64,000 nt of DNA from positions 548 through 64,547 of the forward strand of contig CANGXU010000002.1 in the NCBI GenBank assembly GCA_947457885.1, read 5' to 3'. Made by a program: the position numbers and the translations under genes. Below, piece after piece: positions 52,443 through 61,880 of this stretch; within the stretch, counting starts at the first letter, position 1; each line of letters starts with the position of its first letter. The notes beneath the pieces were generated by a model. It was not told the origin of the DNA. It made no database searches and saw only the letters and a list, made by a program, of their open reading frames with translations. Source of the DNA: Betaproteobacteria bacterium. GTDB taxonomy: Bacteria; Pseudomonadota; Gammaproteobacteria; Burkholderiales; CAIKXV01.

Positions 52443-52656
52443 CGTGGTCTCCCTGGATCGGTTGCATTGCGGTATCCCGCAACGAGTCGGACATTTTAGT
52501 CCATCGCGGCATTCATCGCGCGTTCGCCGTGCGATCGTCGTCGGCAGCCGGTGCGGGACGGGCGAGGGCGGTGGATGGCGGCGGGGGCGGACGTATACTC
52601 GGGGCGGACCGCGGACGCACCGCCGCGTCGATCGACGACATGGGAGGAGTGTGAGC

Positions 52657-53460
52657 ATGCGCAGGAACCGGATCAAGCAACTGTGGCGCGAAGGAAAGCC
52701 GGCGGTCGGCGGATGGCTGTCGATCCCGCACTGCTTCGCGGCCGAAGTGATGGCTCATACCGGCCTCGACTGGCTGTGCATCGACATGCAGCACGGATGC
52801 ATCGACTACTCCGATGCGGTGCCGATGCTCACCGCGATCTCCACCACCGACGTGACGCCGCTGGTCCGGGTGCCGTGGAACGAGCCGTCGATGATCATGA
52901 AGGTGCTCGACGCCGGTGCCTACGGCGTGATCGTGCCTATGGTCAGCAACCGCGCCGAGGCAGAGCGGGCGGTTGCGGCCTGCCGCTACCCGCCGCACGG
53001 CATGCGCAGCAACGGGCCGAACCGGGTGCTGTACTACGCCGGCGCCGACTACCAGAAGCATGCGGACGAGGAAGTCGCCTGCGTGGTGATGATCGAGACG
53101 CCGGAAGGCATCGAGAAGATGGACGAGATCATTTCGACGCCCGGGGTCGATGCCGCCTACATCGGGCCGACCGACCTCGCACTCGCGCTCGGCCTGCCGC
53201 CAGTGATGGACAACGACGAGCCCAGACATATCGCGACGGTCGATGCGATCCTCGCGTCGTGCAAGCGCCACGGCGTGGTCGCCGGCATCCACACCAACAG
53301 TTCGAAGTTCTCGCAGCGCTACATCGACCAGGGCTTCGGCATGGTGATGCTGGCACCCGACCGCGTCGCGATGTCCAACTACGTGAAGGCCGAGGCCGCG
53401 CGGCTGACCGGCTGGTCGCCCATGAAGCCGGTCGGGGCGCCCTCCGGCGGCGGTTACTAG
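52657..53460 (+). CDS. HpcH/HpaI-family aldolase
   Basis: GGWLSIPHCFAAEVMAHTGLDWLCIDMQHG...VRVPWNE...VMIETPEGIEKMDEI..GVDAAYIGPTDLAL is typical of the HpcH/HpaI aldolase fold. Confidence 0.8.
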   Translation: MRRNRIKQLWREGKPAVGGWLSIPHCFAAEVMAHTGLDWLCIDMQHGCIDYSDAVPMLTAISTTDVTPLVRVPWNEPSMIMKVLDAGAYGVIVPMVSNRAEAERAVAACRYPPHGMRSNGPNRVLYYAGADYQKHADEEVACVVMIETPEGIEKMDEIISTPGVDAAYIGPTDLALALGLPPVMDNDEPRHIATVDAILASCKRHGVVAGIHTNSSKFSQRYIDQGFGMVMLAPDRVAMSNYVKAEAARLTGWSPMKPVGAPSGGGY

Positions 53461-53477
53461 GCCGAACGGATCCACCG

Positions 53478-54650
53478 ATGTTCCTGTTCGAACACGACGC
53501 GAAGTCGCTGCTCCAGGCGTTCGGCGTCGCGGTGCCGCTCGGTTGCTGGGTGGGCGCCGATGGCGCGCTCGAAGGCGTGATGCCTGCGGGCCCGCTGATC
53601 GTGAAGGCGCAGGTGGCCGCTGGCGGGCGCGGCAAGGCCGGCGGCATCCGGCCTGCCGCCGACGCAGTGGCTGCCCTCGAGGTGGCGCGTGTCCTGACGG
53701 CGGCCCCGCTTGCAGGGCATGCGGTCGCCGGCTGCCGGGTCGAGCAGGCCATCGCCGGTGCCACTGAAGTCTATCTGTCGCTCACGCTCGATGCGTCGCG
53801 TGCGCAGGTGCAGGTGCTGGCGTCCGACCACGGCGGAGTCGACATCGAATCGGCCGCGCCGGACGCGCTGGTGCGCGAGTGGGCCCCGATCAATGCGGCT
53901 GCGATCGCCGCGGCGGTGGGCCGCGCGGCGCAGCGGCTGTCGCCCGCGAGCCGCGAGGCGGTGGCCGATGCCGGCGAACGGCTGGCGGCGGCGTTCGTCG
54001 GGCTCGATGCACAGATGGTCGAGATCAATCCGCTGTTCGTGCTTCCTGCGGGCGAGCCGGCGCGATGGCTGGCGGCCGATGCGAAGCTCATCACCGACGA
54101 CAACGCCCTGTACCGGCAACCGGTCCTGTGCCGGCTGGTCGAGCGCGCGGCCACGCGCTATCCGGAAGCCGCACGCAAGTGGCGGCATGGCTGCGACTAC
54201 GTGGTGGTCGATCCGACCGGCGAGATCGCGCTGCTGACCACCGGTGCCGGCCTGAGCATGATGCTGATCGATGAACTGCGTGCGCAGGGTCTGCATCCGT
54301 ACAACTTTCTGGATGTGCGCACCGGAGGCCTGCGCGGCGATCCGCAGCGGCTGGTCGACGTGCTCGGATGGATGCGCGACGGCACGCAGGTGCGCGTGCT
54401 GCTGGTCAACATCTTCGCGGGCATCACCCACCTGGGTGAATTCGCGCGCCTGCTGGTGCAGGCGATGGACACGGTGCCGGCGTTCAGTGTGCCGGTGGTC
54501 GCGCGGCTGGCCGGTCCGGGTTTCGACGAGGCGGTCGAGGTGCTCGGTGCGCGGGGCTTCAAGGTCGAGACCGACCTGGCGCGGGCGATCGACGCAGTGC
54601 GCCACGAACTCGCCTCCCCCGATGTCCGGGTGCCCGGGGTGCTGCAGTGA
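53478..54650 (+). CDS. ATP-grasp CoA ligase beta subunit (SucC/malate-CoA ligase-like)
   Basis: MFLFEHDAKSLL..LIVKAQVAAGGRGKAGGI parallels the SucC N-terminus (HEYQAK...VKAQVHAGGRGKAGGV). EINPLF motif present. Start ATG inside the longer 699-aa ORF. Confidence 0.75.
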   Translation: MFLFEHDAKSLLQAFGVAVPLGCWVGADGALEGVMPAGPLIVKAQVAAGGRGKAGGIRPAADAVAALEVARVLTAAPLAGHAVAGCRVEQAIAGATEVYLSLTLDASRAQVQVLASDHGGVDIESAAPDALVREWAPINAAAIAAAVGRAAQRLSPASREAVADAGERLAAAFVGLDAQMVEINPLFVLPAGEPARWLAADAKLITDDNALYRQPVLCRLVERAATRYPEAARKWRHGCDYVVVDPTGEIALLTTGAGLSMMLIDELRAQGLHPYNFLDVRTGGLRGDPQRLVDVLGWMRDGTQVRVLLVNIFAGITHLGEFARLLVQAMDTVPAFSVPVVARLAGPGFDEAVEVLGARGFKVETDLARAIDAVRHELASPDVRVPGVLQ

Positions 54651-55540
54651 TTCCGCGCCCGCCCTTTGCGCTGTCGGTCGACCGCCACACCCCGGTGCTG
54701 GTGCAGGGCATCACCGGGCGCGCCGGGCAACGCCATGCGTGCATGATGCGCGATGCCGGCACCTCGATCGTGGCCGGTGTCAGCGCACGCGCCGACGCCC
54801 GTCCGGTGGATGGCATTCCGGTGTTCGTCGATTGCGCGTCTGCGGTGGCGGCCACCGGTGCGGTGGCCAGCGTGCTGCTGGTCGGTGCCGCGCAGGTCCT
54901 GCCGGCGGTGAGCGAAGCGCTGGCGGCCGGTATCCGGCTGCTGGTCACGCCGACCGAAGGGGTGCCGGTGCATGACGCCGTCGAGATCCGCAACCGCGTC
55001 GATGCGGCAGGCGCGACATGGATCGGCGCATCGACGCCCGGCATGGCGATACCGGGCGAGGCCAAGCTGGGTTTCCTCCCCGATGTGTCGCTGGCACCCG
55101 GGCCGATCGCCATGGCATCGAAGAGCGGCACGCTCTCGTACGAGGCGGGTTTTCGCCTCGTGCAGGCGGGTCTCGGGCAGTCGGCCTGGATCGGTGTCGG
55201 TGGTGACCCGGTGAAAGGCACGCGCTTCGCCGACCTTGCGCCCTGGCTCGCCCGGCACGGCCGCACTGAAGCGATATTGCTGGTCGGCGAAATCGGCGGC
55301 AACGAAGAGGAAGACTTCGCGCAGGCGATCGCTACCAGCGGGCTTGACAAGCCGGTGGTAGCGATCATCGCCGGACGCACGGCACCGGGCGGGGTCAGCA
55401 TGGGGCATGCGGGCGCGCTCACCTGGGGCAGCTTCGGCACCTGGGAAGCGAAGCGGGCGGCGCTGGCCGATGCCGGCGTGAACGTATGCGCGACGATCGA
55501 CGAGGCGGTACAGGCGCTGGCGCGCTCGCTCGGCCGCTGA
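54647..55540 (+). CDS. CoA ligase alpha subunit (SucD-like)
   Basis: VLVQGITGRAG, SKSGTLSYE, IGVGGDP and the phospho-His loop MGHAGAL. GTG start overlaps the beta-subunit stop. Confidence 0.8.
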   Translation: MIPRPPFALSVDRHTPVLVQGITGRAGQRHACMMRDAGTSIVAGVSARADARPVDGIPVFVDCASAVAATGAVASVLLVGAAQVLPAVSEALAAGIRLLVTPTEGVPVHDAVEIRNRVDAAGATWIGASTPGMAIPGEAKLGFLPDVSLAPGPIAMASKSGTLSYEAGFRLVQAGLGQSAWIGVGGDPVKGTRFADLAPWLARHGRTEAILLVGEIGGNEEEDFAQAIATSGLDKPVVAIIAGRTAPGGVSMGHAGALTWGSFGTWEAKRAALADAGVNVCATIDEAVQALARSLGR

Positions 55541-55577
55541 TACTTGAACAGCAACAGGCAGTTGAACGGAGGACACC

Positions 55578-56744
55578 TTGGATTTCCGACTGACCGCTGA
55601 ACAGCGGGCACTGGTGGATGCGGTGGCACAGGTCAGGCGCGACGTGCTGGAGCCGAACGCGATGAAATGGCTCGATGGCACCTGGCCCGCCGAGAACCTG
55701 AAGGCGCTGGCCGAGATCGGCGTGATGGGCATGGCGGTGCCCGAGGAGTACGGTGGATCCGGCATGGGCATCTTCGAGACTGCGCTCGCACTCGAGGAGA
55801 TCGGCAAGGCGTGCTACGTCACGGCCATGGCGGTGCTCGGCGAGGTCGGTACCCAGACGCGGATCATCTCGACCTACGCGCCGGAACATGTGAAGCGCGC
55901 GATCCTGCCCAGGGTTGCCACCGGCGAGGCCATCCTGTCGATCTGCATGACCGAACCCGATGCCGGCACGGACGTGGCGAACTACCGCACGAACACGCGC
56001 GTCGATGGCGAGAAGGTGGTGATCAACGGGGTGAAGACCCTGATCAGCCGCGCCGACATCGCCGACATGATGGTGGTGTTTACCCGGGTCGACAGCGTGC
56101 CTGGCGGCGCGGGCATCGGTTGCGTGCTGGTCGAGAAGGGCGCGCCCGGCGTCACCGCGACGGCCAAGTACCACACGATGGGTGGCGAGTACCTGTGCGA
56201 GGTGGTGTTCGACAACTGCGTGCAGCCACGCGAGCACCTCGTGATCACCGACAACGGCATCAAGCGCCTGATGAGCGCGTTCAACACGCAGCGCATCCTC
56301 AACCCGGCCATCTGTCTCGGCCTGGCCGAAGGTGCGCTCGAGGCGTCGGTCCGCTACCTGCGCGACCGATCCGCATTCGGCAAGCCGATCGGCGAGTTCC
56401 AGGGCATGCGCTGGAAGGCCGCCGACATGTTCGTCGACATCGAGGCTGCGCGCAGCCTGCTCTGGCGGGCCGCGCATTCCGGCGACCAGTTCCCCGACCC
56501 GACGCTCGCGGCGGCAGCGAAGATCTACTGCAACGAGATGGGCATCCGCGTCACCAGCGAAGCGGTCCAGGTGCATGGCGGCTACGGCTTCACCGACGAG
56601 TTCGCGGTGTCGCGCTTCTTCCGCGGCGTACGCTACGGCAGCCTCGGTGGCGGCACCACCGAGACGCTGCGCAACCTGGTCGCGCGCAAGCTGGTCGACG
56701 ACATGGACCTGGCCACCGGACTCGCGGGCCTCGGTACCTTCTGA
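55578..56744 (+). CDS. acyl-CoA dehydrogenase family protein
   Basis: LTAEQRALVDAV..., ICMTEPDAGTD, QVHGGYGFTDEFAVSRFFR. TTG start with a GGAGG RBS. Confidence 0.85.
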   Translation: MDFRLTAEQRALVDAVAQVRRDVLEPNAMKWLDGTWPAENLKALAEIGVMGMAVPEEYGGSGMGIFETALALEEIGKACYVTAMAVLGEVGTQTRIISTYAPEHVKRAILPRVATGEAILSICMTEPDAGTDVANYRTNTRVDGEKVVINGVKTLISRADIADMMVVFTRVDSVPGGAGIGCVLVEKGAPGVTATAKYHTMGGEYLCEVVFDNCVQPREHLVITDNGIKRLMSAFNTQRILNPAICLGLAEGALEASVRYLRDRSAFGKPIGEFQGMRWKAADMFVDIEAARSLLWRAAHSGDQFPDPTLAAAAKIYCNEMGIRVTSEAVQVHGGYGFTDEFAVSRFFRGVRYGSLGGGTTETLRNLVARKLVDDMDLATGLAGLGTF

Positions 56745-56775
56745 TCACCCGATTACACACTCTAGGAGAACGGCA

Positions 56776-57555
56776 ATGGATCTCGGACTCGGCGGCAAGG
56801 TCGCCATCGTAACCGGCGGCAGCGAAGGCATCGGCCGCGCGACCGCCATACGGCTGGCCGCCGAAGGCGCAAAGGTCGCCATCTGCGCACGCCGGCAGGG
56901 CCCTCTGGACGAGGTCGCGGCGACGATACGGGCAGCAGGCGGCGAGGTGACCGCAGTCAGCGTCGACGTGATGTCGGCCGAGGCGCTGAAGGCGTTCATC
57001 GACGGCGTTGCGGCCAAGTACGGCCGCATCGACATCCTCGTCAACAACGCCGGGACCTCGATCTCGAAGCACTTCAGCGAGATCGACGACGCCACTTGGC
57101 ACCTCGACCTGGAGCTGAAGCTGATGGGTGCCATCCGCGGCTGCCGCGCGGCAATTCCCTACATGCAGAAGCAGGGCGGCGGACGCATCGTCAACATCAC
57201 CACGATCGGCGGCAAGCAGCCGCGGCCGAGCTCGACGCCGACATCGGTCACGCGCGCCGCCGGTCTGGCCCTGACCAAGGCGTTGTCGAAAGACTACGCG
57301 AAGGACAACATCCTGGTGAACACGGTCTGCATCGGCCTGATCAAGAGCGGGCAGCACGAGAAGCGCGCCGATAAGGCGGGCACCCCGCGCGAGGTGTACT
57401 ACGCCGACAAGGCGAAGGCGGCCGGTGTTCCGCTCGGGCGCTTCGGCGAGGCGGCAGAGGCCGCGAACGTTATCGCCTTCCTGGCCTCGGATGCCGCCAG
57501 CTATGTCACCGGCACCAGCGTCAACCTCGATGGGGGTACCTCGGGCGCGCTGTAG
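56776..57555 (+). CDS. SDR-family oxidoreductase
   Basis: VAIVTGGSEGIGRA (TGxxxGIG) and the NNAG motif. AGGAGA RBS. Confidence 0.85.
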   Translation: MDLGLGGKVAIVTGGSEGIGRATAIRLAAEGAKVAICARRQGPLDEVAATIRAAGGEVTAVSVDVMSAEALKAFIDGVAAKYGRIDILVNNAGTSISKHFSEIDDATWHLDLELKLMGAIRGCRAAIPYMQKQGGGRIVNITTIGGKQPRPSSTPTSVTRAAGLALTKALSKDYAKDNILVNTVCIGLIKSGQHEKRADKAGTPREVYYADKAKAAGVPLGRFGEAAEAANVIAFLASDAASYVTGTSVNLDGGTSGAL

Positions 57556-57580
57556 GATCGGGCATCGGCGGCGCTCCGGC

Positions 57581-58879
57581 TCAGCACTCGCGAACGATCA
57601 GCGGTACCCACATCTCGGCCGGCGTGGTGCCGCCGTGCACGCCGATCAACCGATGGCGGTTCTCGCCGGGCAGCCAGTCCTTGATCGTCCATCCGGGACG
57701 CATCATCAGCAGGTAGTCGCCGATGCGACGGGCGAAGGCCGGGTGGTCGGCGCCGTTCGGTTCTCCGAACCATCCATCCGAGACCGCCTGGGCAGAAGGC
57801 AACAGGTCGAGTGCGTGCCCCAGTTCCGCGACGACTGCGCGCTCGAATGCTGCGCCCATCCCGGGCTTGACGTAGGCATACGATAGCCGCCGTTCGCCGC
57901 ACAGCGGATGCGCCAGCATCGCCGCGATGCCCGGATGGCGCTCGATCTCGATACCGCGCTCTTCCGGCGAATCGATGAATCCGTGGTCGGCCGTGACCAG
58001 TACCAGCGTATCGGTGCCGGCCAGCCGCTCGATCATCGAACGGAAGCCCTGGTCGAACCGCCACAGTTCCGAGGCCACCTCCAGGCTGTGCGTGCCGTGG
58101 TCATGGCTGTTGGCGTCGATCTCCGGGTAGTACGCGTAGATGAACTGGCGCTCGTCGGACGAATGGACCGCGCGCACCACCTGGTCGAAGAACTGGTCGC
58201 GCGTCTGGTAGGGGAAACGCAGTGCCGGACCGTTGTGCGCAAGGTTGTAGTCGGAATCGATGATCCAGCGCGGCGACACGGTGGCCGCGTCGCTGGCGAG
58301 ACGCGCCGCCAGCGGCACGGGATGCTCGAAGAAATGCAGCGGGTTGATGCCGATCTCGCGCAGGAAGCGGCGGTCGCCTCGGGTGCGGAACGGCAGGATG
58401 GTCGCCACTGCCGCGATCTCGTCGAGCCAGATGTTCCAGCCAGTCAGCCCGTGTTCGCGCGGCGAATGGCCTGTCAGGAAGGTGGTGATCGCCGTGGCCG
58501 TGGTGGACGGAAACACGGAATTGATCCGTCCTGCCCTGTGCCCCACGAACGCCGTGTCCCGCCCGTGCGCGCAGAGGTAGTCGTCGCCCAGGCCGTCGAT
58601 GACCATCAGCACCACCCGGCGCGCTGCCTGTACTCGTGCCGGGGGCAGCAGGTCGAGCACCGGATGCCCGGTTGCGTGCTGGCCGGGCCGGGTACCCATG
58701 CCGGCCTCGATCGAGGCCATCAGGTTGACGAGGCTGCCTCCGCGGTAATCGGGACGTACCGCCTCGGCTGCCTTCAAAGGGTCAGGGCCGCGTGGACGTG
58801 CTGCGCTCGACCGTACTGTCGGGCGCAGCGCTGCGGACCACGACCGGAATGGCATGTCGCCCGAGACGGACCTTGGCAA
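57581..58879 (-). CDS. alkaline-phosphatase-superfamily phosphodiesterase/nucleotide pyrophosphatase-like protein
   Basis: VIDGLGDDY, FPSTTATAITTFLTG (nucleophile Thr region), VTADHGF, HGGTTPAEMWVPL. These are maximal ORF coordinates. The real start may be TTG 58777 or ATG 58720, which would remove the 98-nt overlap with the upstream gene. Confidence 0.7.
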   Translation of the reverse strand: MPRSVSGDMPFRSWSAALRPTVRSSAARPRGPDPLKAAEAVRPDYRGGSLVNLMASIEAGMGTRPGQHATGHPVLDLLPPARVQAARRVVLMVIDGLGDDYLCAHGRDTAFVGHRAGRINSVFPSTTATAITTFLTGHSPREHGLTGWNIWLDEIAAVATILPFRTRGDRRFLREIGINPLHFFEHPVPLAARLASDAATVSPRWIIDSDYNLAHNGPALRFPYQTRDQFFDQVVRAVHSSDERQFIYAYYPEIDANSHDHGTHSLEVASELWRFDQGFRSMIERLAGTDTLVLVTADHGFIDSPEERGIEIERHPGIAAMLAHPLCGERRLSYAYVKPGMGAAFERAVVAELGHALDLLPSAQAVSDGWFGEPNGADHPAFARRIGDYLLMMRPGWTIKDWLPGENRHRLIGVHGGTTPAEMWVPLIVREC

Positions 58880-59318
58880 CCTGCGGTACCGGCTCCGCCC
58901 GGAACGACGGGCAGGCGTACAGATCGATGTCGCCCTTGCTTATCGGGTAATCCGCACAGGTAAGCTGTCTGAAGAACCAGTTGCCGTAGATCCTGCATCT
59001 GGAATGTCCCTGCTCGTCACTGTCGAGGAACACGCAGGCCTTGAACAGGCAGCATTCGCCGCAATGACTGCACTCACCCTCGATTTTCCAGGACGTGCTC
59101 TGCTCGGCGGCGCGCTTTTCGCTGTAGAAGCGACGAGCGATCACCTCGGCCTTCGCCATCGCCTGCAGCGTGCGCGCAAGCCGGCCAATGGTCTGCCGGT
59201 AGTTGCGCACATAAGCGCGATCCCAGGCCAACAGGCTCACGACAACAGGGGATACCGGGAGCCCGATCCACATCACCGAGAGGAGGATTGTTTCCACGAC
59301 GCGACCGAGGGCATGCAT
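58782..59318 (-). CDS. YkgJ-type cysteine-cluster (CxxCxxCC) protein with an N-terminal TM segment
   Basis: CSHCGECCLFKAC...RCRIYGNWFFRQLTCADYP resembles the UPF0153/YkgJ Zn/Fe-chelating motif. Confidence 0.6.
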   Translation of the reverse strand: MHALGRVVETILLSVMWIGLPVSPVVVSLLAWDRAYVRNYRQTIGRLARTLQAMAKAEVIARRFYSEKRAAEQSTSWKIEGECSHCGECCLFKACVFLDSDEQGHSRCRIYGNWFFRQLTCADYPISKGDIDLYACPSFRAEPVPQVAKVRLGRHAIPVVVRSAAPDSTVERSTSTRP

Positions 59319-59539
59319 CAGATTCAGGAGTTCCAGTGCCTGTCATTGCCCGGCGCGCAACACCGGGATGTCACGTCCGCGGGTGCGAGGCGACACTACG
59401 AATGGGCAGGATGATACCGATTGGGCGTGCATCCGGAAACCGAAATCGGCCTGCACGAACGCATGCCGCGGCGCAGCCACGGCATGCCTTAACCCCTGGT
59501 TAACGCAGCGGCGGCGCGTTTGCGTCTGGGTCAGGGCGG

Positions 59540-60241
59540 TCAGACCGCAGCACCGACCAGCGCCCCGATGGCCGCGGTGACCGCCATTGCCAGGGCCCCC
59601 CATGCGCTGACCCGCCATGTTGCGCGCCCGATCGGGGCGCCACCGATGCGGGCGGCCGCAGCGCCGAGCAGCGCGAGAGCGCCGAGCGAACCTGCAGCGA
59701 TGACTGGCATCGCGCTGGCTGCCGGGGCCAGCAGTGCGCACAGCAGCGGCAGGACAGCACCGGCAGCGAAGCTCGCGGCGGACGCGAGCGACGCCTGCAG
59801 CGGCCGCGCAGCCGTCAGGTCCGAAATGCCCAGTTCCTCTAGCGCGTGTGCCCCCAGGGCATCGTGCGCCATCAACTGTGAGGCTACCGTCCGTGCGACC
59901 TCGGGCTCCAGTCCACGACGAACATAGATTGCGGCGAGTTCGTCCTGCTCCAGGACGGGGTCGGCACGCAGTTCGGCGCGTTCCCGTTCGAGGTCGGCCT
60001 GTTCCGAGTCCGCCTGCGAACTCACCGACACGTACTCGCCGGCTGCCATGGACATCGCACCGGCGACAAGCCCAGCCACGCCGGTCGTCAGGATCACATC
60101 GGGTGCAGCCGAGGCGGCGGCAACCCCCAGCAGCAGGGACGCGGTGGACACGATGCCGTCGTTCGCGCCGAGCACGGCCGCCCGCAGCCATGTCGTGCTG
60201 CCGAATCGGTGGCGTTCGAGGTGCAGCCTGTCGTGACGCAT
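59540..60241 (-). CDS. VIT1/CCC1-family iron/manganese transporter
   Basis: WLRAAVLGANDGIVSTASLLLGVAAA...AGEYVSVSSQ is the VIT family signature. AGGAGA RBS before ATG 60241. Confidence 0.85.
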   Translation of the reverse strand: MRHDRLHLERHRFGSTTWLRAAVLGANDGIVSTASLLLGVAAASAAPDVILTTGVAGLVAGAMSMAAGEYVSVSSQADSEQADLERERAELRADPVLEQDELAAIYVRRGLEPEVARTVASQLMAHDALGAHALEELGISDLTAARPLQASLASAASFAAGAVLPLLCALLAPAASAMPVIAAGSLGALALLGAAAARIGGAPIGRATWRVSAWGALAMAVTAAIGALVGAAV

Positions 60242-60257
60242 GTCTTCTCCTGTCTGC

Positions 60258-61175
60258 TCACGCGTTAGCGGGGCGCTCGGCACGGATGGCGAGCCAGATG
60301 CCCGCCAGCACGATCGTACCCCCGGCGACCTGCAGCACCGCAACCGGTTCGCCGAGAACCTGCCATGCGAAGGCGGCCGCCACCACCGGCTGCAGCAACA
60401 GTCCGACCGACGCGAGGGTGGGCGTCAGGTGCGCGATCGCATGGGCGATCAGGCTCTGCCCAGCTACATGGGAGACCAGCGCGAGTCCGGCGAGGATTGT
60501 CCAGCCGTGCAGCGTCGCCGGCAGCAGCGGCTCTCCGCTCGCGACGGCCAACGGCAGCAGGACTGCTGCGCAGACGAGGCTGCTCCACGCCATCACGCTC
60601 GCGGTCGACACGGCGCTGCGCACCCGTGCGACGAACAGCTGGTAGGCCGCATAGAACATCGCCGTACCGATGCCCAGTGCGTCGCCGATCAGCCGCAGCG
60701 TGCCCTCCGTCGCCGGCGCACGTCCGGATGAGGGCGCGAAGGAGGTGGTGCCGATCGACGAGCCTACGAGCACGATGATGCCCGTCAGGGCCACGGCGAG
60801 CGCGAGCAGGAAGCGCGCGTTCGGCCGCCGCCCGGACATCAGCCATACGGCCAGTACGACGAAAACCGGCGCGAAGTTGGCGAGCAGCGTTGCGTTGGCC
60901 ACGGACGTGAGCACGATCGACCCGTGCCAGAGCGCGAGGTCGCCGGCGAAGCAGGCGCCGGCGGCAGCCAGCGGCCAGCCGAAGCGCCGGCCTGCTTCCA
61001 GGTGGTCTGGCAGTGATGCCCGCGCGGCCCATGCCCACAGCAGTGGCAAGGCGAGCGCCACCCGCCAGAAAGCCGTGGCGACAGGTCCCAGTTCGGACAG
61101 GCGCACCCAGATCGCGGACGAGGCGATGCAGAATGCGCCGACGAACAGGGCCAGCAGGCCCGCGCGAAGCCTCAC
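60258..61175 (-). CDS. DMT-superfamily (EamA-like) transporter
   Basis: About ten hydrophobic helices in two EamA-like halves. The GTG start overlaps the upstream stop (GTGA). Confidence 0.75.
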   Translation of the reverse strand: MRLRAGLLALFVGAFCIASSAIWVRLSELGPVATAFWRVALALPLLWAWAARASLPDHLEAGRRFGWPLAAAGACFAGDLALWHGSIVLTSVANATLLANFAPVFVVLAVWLMSGRRPNARFLLALAVALTGIIVLVGSSIGTTSFAPSSGRAPATEGTLRLIGDALGIGTAMFYAAYQLFVARVRSAVSTASVMAWSSLVCAAVLLPLAVASGEPLLPATLHGWTILAGLALVSHVAGQSLIAHAIAHLTPTLASVGLLLQPVVAAAFAWQVLGEPVAVLQVAGGTIVLAGIWLAIRAERPANA

Positions 61176-61795
61176 GCGGGCTTTGCGTTACGGCACTCGA
61201 CCAGGTACCAGAGCCCCAGGGGTGGCACGGTGGTGACGCGCGTCACCTGAAGCGGCGTGCCGGCCAGTACTGCCTCCAGTGAGAGATCGGTGCGCCATCC
61301 CAGGTGTTGCGTGATCGGCGAAAGCAGGCGCTGCCCGAACGCGATCAGCCGGTTGCGATGATGCAGATGGCTGACGATGACGATGCGTCCACCGGGCTTG
61401 CAGACGCGAACCATCTCCGCCATCAGTTGCCGGCAGTCGGGCACCGCTGTCACGACATAGGCAGCCATCAGGGCGTCGAAGCAGGAGTCGGGGAACGCCA
61501 TGCGCATGGCGTCCATGCGCAGGATGCAGGCATTGGTGACTCCGTGTGCGCTGATGCACGTCTGAGCCTCGCGCAGCATGCCGAGCGAGAAGTCGACCCC
61601 CACCACGAATGGGTCCGGGCCGTACATCGGCAGCGCGATGCCGGTGCCGACGCCGACCTCGAGGACTCGCTCGCCCGGACGGGCGTCCAGCCATTGCACG
61701 GCGGCCTTGCGCGGCCCGTCGAAGACACGACCGAACAGACGATCGTAGATCTTCGCGTACGCGTCGTAGATCCGCTCTAGGCGGGCAAGATCCAA
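61172..61795 (-). CDS. class I SAM-dependent methyltransferase
   Basis: VLEVGVGTGIAL SAM motif, and FDALMAAYVV...KPGGRIVIV. The start is uncertain; TTG 61795 is inferred because there is no nearby ATG. Confidence 0.65.
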   Translation of the reverse strand: MDLARLERIYDAYAKIYDRLFGRVFDGPRKAAVQWLDARPGERVLEVGVGTGIALPMYGPDPFVVGVDFSLGMLREAQTCISAHGVTNACILRMDAMRMAFPDSCFDALMAAYVVTAVPDCRQLMAEMVRVCKPGGRIVIVSHLHHRNRLIAFGQRLLSPITQHLGWRTDLSLEAVLAGTPLQVTRVTTVPPLGLWYLVECRNAKPA

Positions 61796-61880
61796 CGGAA
61801 GGCTCCGGGGTGGGCTGGAAAGGTGCGGATTATGCCATGCACGCAGCGCGCGGCCGCCGGATGCCGGGCGGCCGCACCGG

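Noticed and set aside
52443-52676. N-terminal extension of the ORF 52398..52676 (MIRFLRMLTLLPCRR...)
   Set aside because: The region upstream of ATG 52442 is Arg/Pro-rich, overlaps the divergent aldolase start, and lacks an RBS. ATG 52442 has a good SD and begins the Grx fold.
52551-54650. 699-aa ORF that looks like a large fusion protein
   Set aside because: Only the part from ATG 53478 is SucC-like. The first ~309 codons are an alternative frame across the HpcH aldolase gene (52657..53460) and translate to Arg/Gly-rich sequence with no motifs.
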